The notes under the pieces are model-generated. The model saw nothing but the letters and a program-made list of their open reading frames with translations. It had not been told where the DNA came from and ran no database searches. DNA of 28,148 nt from Gammaproteobacteria bacterium (GTDB taxonomy: Bacteria; Pseudomonadota; Gammaproteobacteria; Natronospirales; REEB76): assembly GCA_027317045.1 (NCBI GenBank), contig DAHVFI010000303.1, positions 1 to 28,148 of the forward strand, given 5' to 3'. Of the stretch, positions 17,914-26,965 are shown one piece after another. Numbering within the stretch: the first letter of the stretch is position 1; every line of letters starts with the position of its first letter. The position numbers and the translations under genes are program-made.

Positions 17914-18755
17914 CAAGTGGCACGCCGCGACGGCCCCGCGTAACAGTATTCACGTTACTGTTGTTGGCGCTGCTGATGTCAGTCAGCGGTGCACCGCGGT
18001 GCGCCGCCGCGCCCCTTACCCATCCGGTGGTGGCCATCGTCATTGATGACCTTGGCAATACCCTTGAGGAAGGCCGGCGCGCCGTGGACCTGCCGGGACC
18101 GGTGGCTTGTGCGGTTCTGCCGCAGACGCTGTATTCCGTGACCCTCGCCGATCTCGCTTACGCGCACGGCAAAGAGGTGCTGCTGCATTTGCCGATGCAG
18201 GCGATTGATGACGCGCCGCTGGGTCCCGGCGGCATCACGCTCGAGATGACCCGGCAGGAAATCCAGAATACGGTGCACGCAGACGTGGCGGCCGTTCCGC
18301 ACCTGGTGGGCGTCAACAACCACGAAGGCAGCCTCATCAGCATGCACCCCGGGGATCTTGCCTGGATCATGCAGACGCTGCACTCCATCGGGAATCTGTT
18401 CTTCGTGGACAGCTATACCACCGTGGACAGCATCGCCTATCAGATTGCGCGGGAGAACGGCGTGCCCGCCGCGCGCCGCGACGTGTTTCTGGATGATGTG
18501 AACACACCGCAAGCGGTGCAGTTCCAGTTCAACCGCTTGCTGGAGATTGCGCGCAAGCAAGGCTTTGCGTTGGCCATCGGCCATCCGCGGCCGGCGACGC
18601 TGGCGGTGCTCGCCGCGCAGCTGCCGAAGCTTTCAAGCCAGGGTATTGAACTGGTGCCGGTGGCCGAGATCGTGAAACTGCAGCAGGCACACCCGATTCC
18701 CTGGCCTGAATCCCTGTATCCTTTACCGGAGTTATCGAAATCCAAGCACTACTAA
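17910..18755 (+). CDS. yibQ: Divergent polysaccharide deacetylase (YibQ/DUF610 family)
   Basis: AIVIDDLG, EVLLHLPMQ, GVNNHEGS, FFVDS.T, RRDVFLD and AIGHP. Conserved envC-ctpA-yibQ order. Confidence 0.9.
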   Translation: MTSGTPRRPRVTVFTLLLLALLMSVSGAPRCAAAPLTHPVVAIVIDDLGNTLEEGRRAVDLPGPVACAVLPQTLYSVTLADLAYAHGKEVLLHLPMQAIDDAPLGPGGITLEMTRQEIQNTVHADVAAVPHLVGVNNHEGSLISMHPGDLAWIMQTLHSIGNLFFVDSYTTVDSIAYQIARENGVPAARRDVFLDDVNTPQAVQFQFNRLLEIARKQGFALAIGHPRPATLAVLAAQLPKLSSQGIELVPVAEIVKLQQAHPIPWPESLYPLPELSKSKHY

Positions 18756-19037
18756 ATATAGAAAAATGGAGAGATACCGGTGCGTTGTTCCCCATTACTT
18801 AACGTATCCACAAATTTCATGAAGCTCTCGTGGTTCGCTCAATTCGTGATGTGAGTACATTGAGCCCGTGCGTACTGTTGCATCCGCGGGAAAATCTGAT
18901 TCCAATCGAACCAGGACGGAAGCTTTGTACATAGCGCTTGTGTGCACAGCCGTTGTGCGAAAGGCGTGCCAGTGTACGTTTAACCTCGACACAGATACTG
19001 GCTGTTTGTCCCCCTGGCCAAGTTCCTGAATCGGCTC

Positions 19038-19046
19038 TGTTAAAAT
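19038..19046 (+). promoter_or_regulatory. Extended -10 promoter positioned for a leaderless uvrD transcript
   Basis: TG-T-TAAAAT followed by 6 nt and then the ATG at 19053; no SD in between. Confidence 0.6.
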
Positions 19047-19052
19047 AACTGG

Positions 19053-21209
19053 ATGGATGTCACCGCAATTCTTGATCCCTTGAATCCCGCCCAGCGCGAG
19101 GCGGTGACCGCCGAGGCCAAACCCATGCTGGTGCTGGCGGGCGCCGGCAGCGGCAAAACCCGCGTATTGGTGCATCGCATCGCCTGGCTGATTCAGGTGC
19201 AGCAGGTCTCGCCGTTCGGCATTCTGGCGGTGACCTTCACCAACAAGGCGGCCGCCGAGATGCGCGTGCGCATCGAACAACTCATCGGCGGCTCTGCGCG
19301 CAGCATGTGGGTGGGCACGTTTCACGGACTCGCCCACCGGCTGTTGCGTCAGCATTGGCGCGAGGCGAAACTGCCGCAGAGCTTCCAGATACTGGATTCC
19401 GAGGACCAATACCGTCTTATCCGCCGCGTACTCAAAAGTCTTGAACTTGACGAGGCCCGCTATCCGCCGCGTCAGTTGCAATGGTTTATCAATTCGCGCA
19501 AAGATGAGGGGCTGCGCGCCAAGCATATTCCCGAAAGCGACGACCCTACGCAACGGCAAATGTTGCGCGCCTATGCGGCTTATGAAAGCGCCTGTGAGCG
19601 TGGCGGGCTGGTGGATTTCGCGGAACTGCTGCTGCGGGCGCTGGAGTTGTGGCGCAACGATACGGCGCTGCTGACCCATTATCAACGGCGCTTCCACTAC
19701 ATTCTGGTGGACGAATTCCAGGATACCAACTCTATCCAGTACGCCTGGATCCGCTTGCTTGCGGGCCAACAGGGCGTGCCGTTCGTGGTGGGTGACGACG
19801 ATCAATCCATTTATGCCTGGCGTGGCGCCAAGATCGAGAACATTCTGAAATTCGAAAAGGATTTCCCCGACACCCGCATGCTGCGTCTGGAACAGAACTA
19901 CCGTTCCACCGGCAATATCCTCAAGGCCGCCAATGCCCTGATCGCCAATAACAGCACGCGGCTGGGCAAGAACCTGTGGACCAGCGGCGCTGACGGCCTG
20001 CCACTCCGTGTGTATGCCGCCTACAACGAGCAGGACGAGGCGCAGTTCGTCATGGATCAGATCAGGCACTGGCAGGAACAGGGCGGCGCGCGCCACGATG
20101 TCGCCGTCCTGTACCGTTCCAATGCCCAGTCGCGGGTATTCGAGGAACGCTTGCTTGCGGAAGCGATTCCTTACCGGGTCTATGGGGGCCCGCGCTTCTT
20201 CGAGCGCCAGGAAATCAAGGATGCGCTCGCCTATCTGCGCCTGCTGGAGAACCGCGACGACGATGCCTCTTTCGAACGCATCATTAACCTGCCGGTACGC
20301 GGTATCGGCACACGCACGCTGGATTCGCTGCGCGAAGCCAGTCGCCGCCAAAATCTGCCGCTGTGGCGCGTGTTGTGTCAGCTGCTGGACAGCAAGGATG
20401 CACCGGCGCGGGTGTCTGGCGCGCTCGGCGGTTTCACAAAGCTCGTGGATGATATGGACAAAGCCGTACGCGGGCTCGATTTATTCGAGCAGGTGGATCA
20501 TGTGATCCACGGCAGCGGGCTGGTTGAACACTATAAGGCGGAAAAAGGCGAGCGTGGCGAAGCGCGCGTCGAGAATCTGCAGGAGCTGGTAAGCGCGGCA
20601 CGCGGTTTTCAACCGGAAGATCTGCAAGGCATGACACCGCTGTCGGCGTTTCTTTCCCATGCCGCATTGGAAGCCGGCGAAGGCCAGGCACAGGAATGGG
20701 AGGATTGCGTACAGCTCATGACGCTGCATTCGGCCAAGGGCCTGGAATTCCCGCTGGTGTTTATCTGCGGACTGGAAGACGGCCTGTTCCCGCACGAGCG
20801 CTCCAGTGAGGATCTGGAAGGACTCGAGGAGGAACGGCGCCTGTGTTATGTGGGCATGACCCGTGCCAAGCAGGAACTGTATCTCAGCTACGCCGAGAGC
20901 CGGCGGCTGCACGGCATGGACAATTACGGCGTGCCATCGCGGTTTCTGCGGGAGATTCCGCCGGAGCTGGTGCAGGAAATCCGTCCGCGGGTGCAAGTGT
21001 CGCGGCCGTTCACGGCGGCCGCTGCCGGCCGGCTGCACGCCGCACCGGTGGGCTTGAGTCTCGGCCAGCGGGTGCGCCATCCGAGCTTTGGCGAAGGCAC
21101 GGTGCTGGATTACGAAGGCAGCGGAGCGCACGCACGTGTGCAGGTGAATTTCAGCAGCGCAGGCGCCAAATGGCTGGTGGTGGCTTACGCTAACCTCATG
21201 CCCATCTGA
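19053..21209 (+). CDS. uvrD: DNA helicase II
   Basis: 718 aa; AGAGSGKTRVL, TFTNKAAAEM, ILVDEFQD, VVGDDDQSIY, LEQNYRS, VLYRSNAQSR, MTLHSAKGLEF, EEERRLCYVGMTRA and C-terminal Tudor-like GQRVRHPSFGEGTV. Confidence 0.98.
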   Translation: MDVTAILDPLNPAQREAVTAEAKPMLVLAGAGSGKTRVLVHRIAWLIQVQQVSPFGILAVTFTNKAAAEMRVRIEQLIGGSARSMWVGTFHGLAHRLLRQHWREAKLPQSFQILDSEDQYRLIRRVLKSLELDEARYPPRQLQWFINSRKDEGLRAKHIPESDDPTQRQMLRAYAAYESACERGGLVDFAELLLRALELWRNDTALLTHYQRRFHYILVDEFQDTNSIQYAWIRLLAGQQGVPFVVGDDDQSIYAWRGAKIENILKFEKDFPDTRMLRLEQNYRSTGNILKAANALIANNSTRLGKNLWTSGADGLPLRVYAAYNEQDEAQFVMDQIRHWQEQGGARHDVAVLYRSNAQSRVFEERLLAEAIPYRVYGGPRFFERQEIKDALAYLRLLENRDDDASFERIINLPVRGIGTRTLDSLREASRRQNLPLWRVLCQLLDSKDAPARVSGALGGFTKLVDDMDKAVRGLDLFEQVDHVIHGSGLVEHYKAEKGERGEARVENLQELVSAARGFQPEDLQGMTPLSAFLSHAALEAGEGQAQEWEDCVQLMTLHSAKGLEFPLVFICGLEDGLFPHERSSEDLEGLEEERRLCYVGMTRAKQELYLSYAESRRLHGMDNYGVPSRFLREIPPELVQEIRPRVQVSRPFTAAAAGRLHAAPVGLSLGQRVRHPSFGEGTVLDYEGSGAHARVQVNFSSAGAKWLVVAYANLMPI

Positions 21210-21440
21210 TGTGTGCCCGCGCTGCCCGGCAACCCCGGCGGTATCCCACCCGCCATGATAGGCAGTGGCGTTGGCCCTGTTTCCGAATCCCGAGCGCAGC
21301 ACCTGCACGGGCTCGAGAATTTTGGACGGAAACTGGTGCCGGCGCCCATGATGGCCCTCAGTTGTTGATGGAAAGACAGATGCTTTTGGCACTTGCGTCA
21401 ATCAGATTCTCAGGCGAAGGTCCACCCATGGAGCAACATC

Positions 21441-22166
21441 ATGCAAGCTGACGATAAACGCCATTTACATCCGCAACGTGAAAATTTGGATGCCATGCAT
21501 GCCCGCGAGTCCTGGAAAATCTTCCGGATGATGGCGGAGTTCGTGGAAGGCTTCGAACAGCTGGCGTCCATCCGGCCTTCCGTAAGCATCTTCGGTTCGG
21601 CGCGCATGGCGCCAGACCATCCGTACTATGCACTCGCGGAACAAATCAGCCGGGCATTATCCGATGCTGGTTTTTCGGTGGTGACCGGCGGCGGACCGGG
21701 GCTCATGGAGGCCGCCAACAAGGGCGCCTACGCAGGAAAATCGCCGAGCATCGGTCTCAATATCCAGTTGCCCCATGAACAAGCTGCCAACCACTACCAG
21801 GATATTTCCCTTAAGTTCCGGCATTTCTTCACGCGCAAAGTGATGTTCGTGAAGTACGCTTCGGCTTACGTGGTGCTGCCGGGCGGTTTCGGCACGTTGG
21901 ATGAACTCGGTGAAATCCTCACGCTCATCCAGACCGGCAAGATTATGCCGATTCCCATCCTGCTGGTGGGTAGCGGATTCTGGCAAGGATTAGTGGATTG
22001 GTTGAAGGTACGCCTGGTTGCGGAACATATGATAGATGCGCAGGATCTCGAACTGTTCAAGGTCGTGAACGAAGCCCATGAGGTGGTGAATGCCATCCTC
22101 GAGTACTACGGAGCGCGCGGTTTCGAACCGTCGGCCCAGGAAAGGGAGACGCTGCTGGAACTCTAG
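21441..22166 (+). CDS. LOG-family nucleotide monophosphate nucleosidase / Rossmann-fold protein (TIGR00730-like)
   Basis: SIFGSAR, TGGGPGLMEAANKGA, SIGLNIQLPHEQ, FRHFFTRKVMF and LPGGFGTLDEL. SD GGAG before ATG 21441. Confidence 0.9.
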   Translation: MQADDKRHLHPQRENLDAMHARESWKIFRMMAEFVEGFEQLASIRPSVSIFGSARMAPDHPYYALAEQISRALSDAGFSVVTGGGPGLMEAANKGAYAGKSPSIGLNIQLPHEQAANHYQDISLKFRHFFTRKVMFVKYASAYVVLPGGFGTLDELGEILTLIQTGKIMPIPILLVGSGFWQGLVDWLKVRLVAEHMIDAQDLELFKVVNEAHEVVNAILEYYGARGFEPSAQERETLLEL

Positions 22167-22187
22167 CGGTCTTTAGCACACTGATAT

Positions 22188-22445
22188 TCAGATTTCCGGC
22201 TTGCCCACATCCACATCGTCGAGATCGCGGGAATAATCGGTGGCCAGGATATCGCGTGCCAAGGTCTCATCCGCACGCATGACGCGAAGCTTGATGCCGC
22301 CGAGAGCGATGGCATACAACCAGTCCATCTGCACCATGTTGTCATCGAACAGTAACGCGCGGATTCCCTCCGCCGCCAGCCGCCCCATGACGATATGTGC
22401 ATCGATGGTCTTGTCGAAGGTGGCGATGGTGACGTATTCGTCCAT
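22188..22445 (-). CDS. DUF2007-type small protein
   Basis: 85 aa, MDEYVTIATFDKTIDAHIVMGRLAAEGIRALLFD...LGGIKLRV....ETLARDIL, the typical DUF2007 pattern. The start site is inferred. Confidence 0.75.
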   Translation of the reverse strand: MDEYVTIATFDKTIDAHIVMGRLAAEGIRALLFDDNMVQMDWLYAIALGGIKLRVMRADETLARDILATDYSRDLDDVDVGKPEI

Positions 22446-22665
22446 GTCGGCAACCAAGTCGGCGTTGCAATCCCCGTCGTCTGTCGCTCTCGGCGGCGAG
22501 CGCAATGCCCGGCCGCTGTCCTCGGTGAGTGCGCCATACAGGCGGATTAACCAGACCGAAAACCGCCGGAATGCGGGGAATACCAGCAACGTTGTGTCCC
22601 GGAACTTGCGTCGCGCGGCGACTAAGCTTTGAGATTAGAGCACAAAACCGTGACGACGGCGGCAT

Positions 22666-22694
22666 AAAAAACCCGGCGGACGGGACCGCCGGGT
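22666..22694 (-). terminator. Intrinsic terminator
   Basis: Minus strand ACCCGGCGG-TCCCGT-CCGCCGGGT followed by a U tract; perfect 9-bp stem. Confidence 0.85.
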
Positions 22695-22813
22695 CAAGGC
22701 CTTCATGGCCAGAGGTGATTGAGTGTACCTAAAAGGGCGTAAGCATCCTTGCTGGTCCATACCCCGCCCCGGGTCCCTGATCCTATCCTTGTCCCGCCAT
22801 TCCTTGGCAGTGC
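22666..22813 (-). ncRNA. Candidate CsrA/RsmA-sequestering sRNA (RsmY/Z/CsrB-like), about 150 nt
   Basis: Seven GGA motifs in the first ~70 nt, at least two in hairpin loops (CUGCCA-AGGAA-UGGCGG and AGCA-AGGA-UGCU); 3' intrinsic terminator; GacA-type box upstream. The 5' end is approximate. Confidence 0.72.
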
Positions 22814-22874
22814 AGGCGAGTGTTACTCTGCCACGGGCAGATTGCCGGTACAGTCGGAGGACCCCGGCAGCCAG

Positions 22875-22892
22875 CGTAGGAAAAGGCTTACA
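22875..22892. promoter_or_regulatory. GacA/UvrY-type upstream activating sequence
   Basis: Minus strand TGTAAG-CCTTTT-CCTACG versus consensus TGTAAG-N6-CTTACA (10/12), about 60-80 bp upstream of the predicted sRNA start. Confidence 0.65.
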
Positions 22893-22956
22893 TCGAAAGC
22901 TGTCCCCCATTTGATTTTGCGGTAAAACCCAGTAACAAATCCCAAAACCAGCCGCC

Positions 22957-23913
22957 ATGCGCGAACTCTTCCCTCCCTTGGAACCCTTTGCCACCCGCCG
23001 CCTACCCGCGCAGGCGCCCCATGAGATTTATGTGGAGGAATGCGGCAATCCCGACGGCCTGCCCGTGGTGTTCGTTCACGGCGGTCCGGGCGGTGGCTGT
23101 ACCACCGACAACCGCAGGTTTTTCGATCCGGCGCGTTATCGCATCGTGCTCTTCGATCAACGCGGTTGCGGCCGTTCACGGCCACACGCGGAACTCACGC
23201 ACAACACCACCCAGGCGCTGGTGGAGGATATGGAGCGCATCCGGGAAACCCTCGGCATTGAGCGTTGGCTGGTTTTCGGCGGTTCCTGGGGTTCGACCTT
23301 GGCCCTGGTGTACGCCGAAACTCACCCACAGCGGGTCCTGGCGCTGATTCTGCGCGGCATTTTCCTGGTCACGGCGGCGGAACTCAGCTGGTTTTACCAG
23401 GACGGCATCCAGCATCTGTTTCCGGACTATTTTGAGGAGTTCGTGGCGCCGATCCCGGTAGCCGAGCGCAGCGACCTGATACACGCCTATTATCGGCGTC
23501 TCACCAGCGATGATCCCGCCACGCGCCAACGCGCGGCGGAAGTCTGGTCGTTGTTCGAGGCGCGCTGCTCAACGTTGTTGCCCAGCGAATCCGTCGTAGA
23601 TCATTTTTCCGAGCCGGATGTGGCCATGGCCATCGCCCGCATCGAATGTCATTACTTCGTGCATGATTGTTTCCTGACCCCCGGGCAGATCATCCGCGAT
23701 GCGCCGCGTATCCGGAATATCCCCGGCGTGATCGTGCAAGGGCGCTACGATGTGGTATGTCCGGCGTCCGCCGCTTGGCAGCTGCACAAGGCATGGCCGG
23801 AAGCGCAGTTTCGGTTAATTCCCGATGCCGGCCACGCCTCCAGCGAACCGGGCGTCTGCTCGGCCCTGGTGGAAGCGACCGATGAGTTTGCCGGCCGTTT
23901 CAAAACCCCATGA
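22957..23913 (+). CDS. pip: Proline iminopeptidase
   Basis: [28 protein letters not shown] (nucleophile Ser), [17 protein letters not shown] and DAGH. Confidence 0.96.
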   Translation: MRELFPPLEPFATRRLPAQAPHEIYVEECGNPDGLPVVFVHGGPGGGCTTDNRRFFDPARYRIVLFDQRGCGRSRPHAELTHNTTQALVEDMERIRETLGIERWLVFGGSWGSTLALVYAETHPQRVLALILRGIFLVTAAELSWFYQDGIQHLFPDYFEEFVAPIPVAERSDLIHAYYRRLTSDDPATRQRAAEVWSLFEARCSTLLPSESVVDHFSEPDVAMAIARIECHYFVHDCFLTPGQIIRDAPRIRNIPGVIVQGRYDVVCPASAAWQLHKAWPEAQFRLIPDAGHASSEPGVCSALVEATDEFAGRFKTP

Positions 23914-24365
23914 TCGGACTGTTGCAGCGCGTCAGCCGCGCTTCGGTGGAGGTGGAAGGCAGGCCAGTGGCCGCCATCGGTCGGGGGCTACTGGTGTTCA
24001 TTGCTGTCGAGCGTGGCGACCGTGAAGCACAGGCCGAACGTCTGCTGCAACGCCTGCTAGCCTACCGCGTGTTCCCGGATACGGCTGGCCGCATGTACCG
24101 GGATGTGCGCGAGATTGACGGTGGCCTGCTGCTGGTGCCGCAATTCACGCTCGCGGCGGATACCCGCAGCGGCAACCGCCCGAGTTTCACGCCAGCGGCG
24201 CCGCCGGAACAGGGCAAATATCTGTTCACCTGTCTATACGAACAGGCTGTGCGGGCCCACGCCGCCACCCAGTGCGGCCTATTCGCGGCTGATATGCAGG
24301 TATCGTCGGTGAATGACGGGCCCGTCACCTTCTGGTTAGAAGTCCCGCCCGATTCGGAGAGCTGA
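23910..24365 (+). CDS. dtd: D-aminoacyl-tRNA deacylase
   Basis: [36 protein letters not shown] and FAADMQV..VNDGPVT. Confidence 0.95.
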   Translation: MIGLLQRVSRASVEVEGRPVAAIGRGLLVFIAVERGDREAQAERLLQRLLAYRVFPDTAGRMYRDVREIDGGLLLVPQFTLAADTRSGNRPSFTPAAPPEQGKYLFTCLYEQAVRAHAATQCGLFAADMQVSSVNDGPVTFWLEVPPDSES

Positions 24366-24632
24366 GAGGACATGGATTGTTCCTGATCCCCGTCTGGATT
24401 AGGATTGAGCCGCCGGTAGTTTATAAACCATGAATAAAATACGCTGGCTTGCTTGAATATGGACAGCGCACTTGAATCCAGCTTCGTCATCATTGACCGG
24501 TCCGGATCCAATCCCATGTTTTCCATAACCACCAGATACCATATGTGCCGACGCTCCACAGCCCCTGCTTAATAGTTTGGCGGCGCGCACGGTCGGACGG
24601 GAAATAACGCAGACCAAAACCAGGCGACAACC

Positions 24633-25367
24633 ATGTTGCTGATACCTGCGATCGATATAAAGGATGGGAAATGCACACCTGCGACGGCTGTCCCTGGTGA
24701 TGGCAAGTCCGTGCCGACGGATAATCCGGTGATGGTTGCCCAACGCTGGGCGGCAGCGGGTGCACGCCGCCTGCAGGTGGCGGACATGGACAGTGCACAA
24801 CCCGGCAAACTGGCGAATGCCGCCGTAATCCGCGGCATTGTGGGCGCCTGTCCCGGCGTGCCGGTGCAGGTCAGCGGCGGAATGCGCAGCGATGCAAACG
24901 TGGAAAGTTATTTTGACGCAGGCGCGGACTACCTGATCTTGGGGACCAAGGCCGCGAGCACGCCGCATTACATCAACAACCTGTGCCTCGAATATCCCGG
25001 GCACATCCTGGTGGAGTTGGAGACCAAGGATGGCAAGGTGAACACCGAGGGTTGGTCGAAATTGGCCAACCACGAAGCCCTGGAGGTGGCGGAGCATTTC
25101 CAGCGCGAGGGTGTGGCGGGAATTCTTTACAGCGACAAACACCATGGCGGGATGCGGAATTTTAATCTCACGGCGGCTTTGTCACTGGCCCAGTCCCTGA
25201 CCATCCCGATATTTCTGGCCAACGGTCTGAACTCTCTTGAGGATATCCGCCAGCTGTGCGAAGCAGGCGGCGGTAGCCTGGCGGGCGCCGTGTTGTCCGT
25301 CCAACCCCTGGATTTTGCCAAAGCACAAAAACTTGCCGACGTGCTTCCCGGCGAGCCCTCGGAATAG
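24633..25367 (+). CDS. hisA: HisA (ProFAR isomerase) homologue, full length but active site degenerate
   Basis: LLIPAIDIKDGKC, AGARRLQVADMD, VPVQVSGGMRS, AGADYLILGTKA, ETKDGKV.TEGW, ILYSD and IPIFLA align with HisA along the whole length; the VRLxQG, KDG, SGG and GRA motifs are substituted. Confidence 0.85.
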   Translation: MLLIPAIDIKDGKCTPATAVPGDGKSVPTDNPVMVAQRWAAAGARRLQVADMDSAQPGKLANAAVIRGIVGACPGVPVQVSGGMRSDANVESYFDAGADYLILGTKAASTPHYINNLCLEYPGHILVELETKDGKVNTEGWSKLANHEALEVAEHFQREGVAGILYSDKHHGGMRNFNLTAALSLAQSLTIPIFLANGLNSLEDIRQLCEAGGGSLAGAVLSVQPLDFAKAQKLADVLPGEPSE

Positions 25368-25483
25368 GAAATGAAAGGCGCGGCAATAGGCGTAAAATAA
25401 GTTTCCACCGGCCTTGATGAATCAGGTTTCTTTTGAGCGAGCTCTGGTCCCCACCCATTACCCCGGAGCCGCGGGAGCAATTC

Positions 25484-25693
25484 ATGGAACTCAGTGTTGG
25501 CAAGATCCTGTTGATTCTTATCATCGTGGTGCTGGTGTTCGGCACCGCCAAACTGCCCAAGCTCGGCGAAGATCTCGGCAAGGCTGTGCGCAGCTTCAAG
25601 AAGGGCATGCACGATAGCGACAACGAACCTGCGGCCGGAGCGAAAGCCGCAGACGAAAAGTCCAAGCCCGGTTCCGACAACACTTCCAACTGA
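25484..25693 (+). CDS. tatA: Twin-arginine translocase subunit TatA
   Basis: TM helix plus [25 protein letters not shown]; SD GGGAG before ATG 25484. Confidence 0.95.
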   Translation: MELSVGKILLILIIVVLVFGTAKLPKLGEDLGKAVRSFKKGMHDSDNEPAAGAKAADEKSKPGSDNTSN

Positions 25694-25699
25694 CGTTCC

Positions 25700-26005
25700 A
25701 TGTTCGAAGGCAGCTTTTGGGAGCTGGCACTGATCTTCGTGCTGGCGTTGGTGGTGTTTGGTCCGGAACGTTTGCCGGGACTGGCGCGCACCGTTGGCCT
25801 GTGGGTGGGCCGGGCGCGGGCCGTGGTAAGAAATCTCACGGAACAGATCGAACGCGAACTGGCTGCCGAGGAAATGCGTAAGACGGCGGACAGCGTACGC
25901 CGGGCTATGAATGAGCCGATCAACCTCGTTGGCACCAAGACTGCCGGTACGGATACGGCGGACCGGGCGCAGGAAACAACCAAGCATGACCCCCCCAACG
26001 GATGA
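25700..26005 (+). CDS. tatB: Twin-arginine translocase subunit TatB
   Basis: MFEGSFWELALIFVLALVVFGPERLPGLARTVG. Confidence 0.95.
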   Translation: MFEGSFWELALIFVLALVVFGPERLPGLARTVGLWVGRARAVVRNLTEQIERELAAEEMRKTADSVRRAMNEPINLVGTKTAGTDTADRAQETTKHDPPNG

Positions 26006-26777
26006 TCCCGGCGGCGAAACACTGATCAGCAAATCCCTCATCGGGCACCTGCTGGAGTTGCGCCGTCGTCTGCTGCTGTGGGTGGGGACACTGTTGGCGC
26101 TGTTCTTGTGCCTGTTCCCGTTCCAGAACCGGGTGTTTGATTTCATCGCCTTGCCCATGATTCGGCGGTTGCCGTCGGGTTCCAGCATGATTGCCACCAG
26201 CGTCACCTCGCCTTTCATGACGCCCATGAAGCTTACGCTCATGCTGGCGCTGTTCCTGAGTGTGCCGGTGCTGCTCTGGCATCTGTGGCGGTTTGTGTCG
26301 CCGGCACTCTACAAGAGCGAACGCCGTATGTTTTTCCCGCTGCTGGTGTCCAGCGTGGTCCTGTTTTATTGCGGTGTGGCCTTCGCCTACTTTGTGCTGT
26401 TTCCGGTGGCGTTCGCGTTCCTTACCTCGGTGGTGCCGGCCGGGGTCAAGGTGATGACCGACATCAATGCCTACTTGGATTTCGTGCTCACGATATTCTT
26501 TGCCTTCGGTTTGGCCTTCGAAGTGCCGGTGGCCATCGTACTGGCAGTATGGGTGGGGTTCACGACACCCGGCAAGCTCAAGAAACTGCGCGCCTATGCA
26601 TTGGTAGCTTCCTTCATTGTCGGCATGATTCTGTCGCCGCCAGATGTGGTTTCCATGACCTTGTTGTCCGTGCCAATTTATCTGCTGTATGAAATCGGCA
26701 TGCTCATGGCGCGTATCCTGGTGCCGGGCTCGAAGCAGGTGGATGCGCAGCATGAACAAGGGCAAGCTGAACCATGA
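25986..26777 (+). CDS. tatC: Twin-arginine translocase subunit TatC
   Basis: LIGHLLELRRRL, TSPFMTPMK, FVSPALYKSE, YLDFV, FGLAFEVP and PPDVVSM.LL.VP.YLLYEIG. Start overlaps the tatB end. Confidence 0.96.
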   Translation: MTPPTDDPGGETLISKSLIGHLLELRRRLLLWVGTLLALFLCLFPFQNRVFDFIALPMIRRLPSGSSMIATSVTSPFMTPMKLTLMLALFLSVPVLLWHLWRFVSPALYKSERRMFFPLLVSSVVLFYCGVAFAYFVLFPVAFAFLTSVVPAGVKVMTDINAYLDFVLTIFFAFGLAFEVPVAIVLAVWVGFTTPGKLKKLRAYALVASFIVGMILSPPDVVSMTLLSVPIYLLYEIGMLMARILVPGSKQVDAQHEQGQAEP

Positions 26778-26965
26778 GCGATAGAGAGACACACGCCGCA
26801 CGCGATTATGCCTGCGAAGCAGGGTTCGCTCGTATTATTTGTGTCGCGTCATGTTAAAGGTCGCGAACTGAAGAATGATGAGCGAGGCTTGAAGTTATGT
26901 CAGCAACAGCAGGCATTTCTCCTGCCTATGTAGAATAGCGGCTTTTTCACTGCACAGGGAGCCAC

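Noticed and set aside
18756-19037. AT-richer intergenic region with small hairpins upstream of uvrD
   Set aside because: No terminator, recognisable RNA motif or credible ORF.
21210-21440. Hairpins and TGGCAC-TTGC upstream of the LOG gene
   Set aside because: The sigma54 half-sites have zero spacing instead of 5 bp, and the hairpins match no riboswitch core I recognise.
22887-22912. Possible sigma32 promoter (CCCCATTT) for pip-dtd
   Set aside because: The -35 (CTTACA) is a poor match with a short spacer and is better explained as the GacA-box half-site.
24062-24632. 165-aa minus-strand ORF, his-gene remnants or a His attenuator upstream of hisA
   Set aside because: The ORF overlaps dtd by about 300 nt and has no motifs. 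No hisH-like residues or His-codon run were found.
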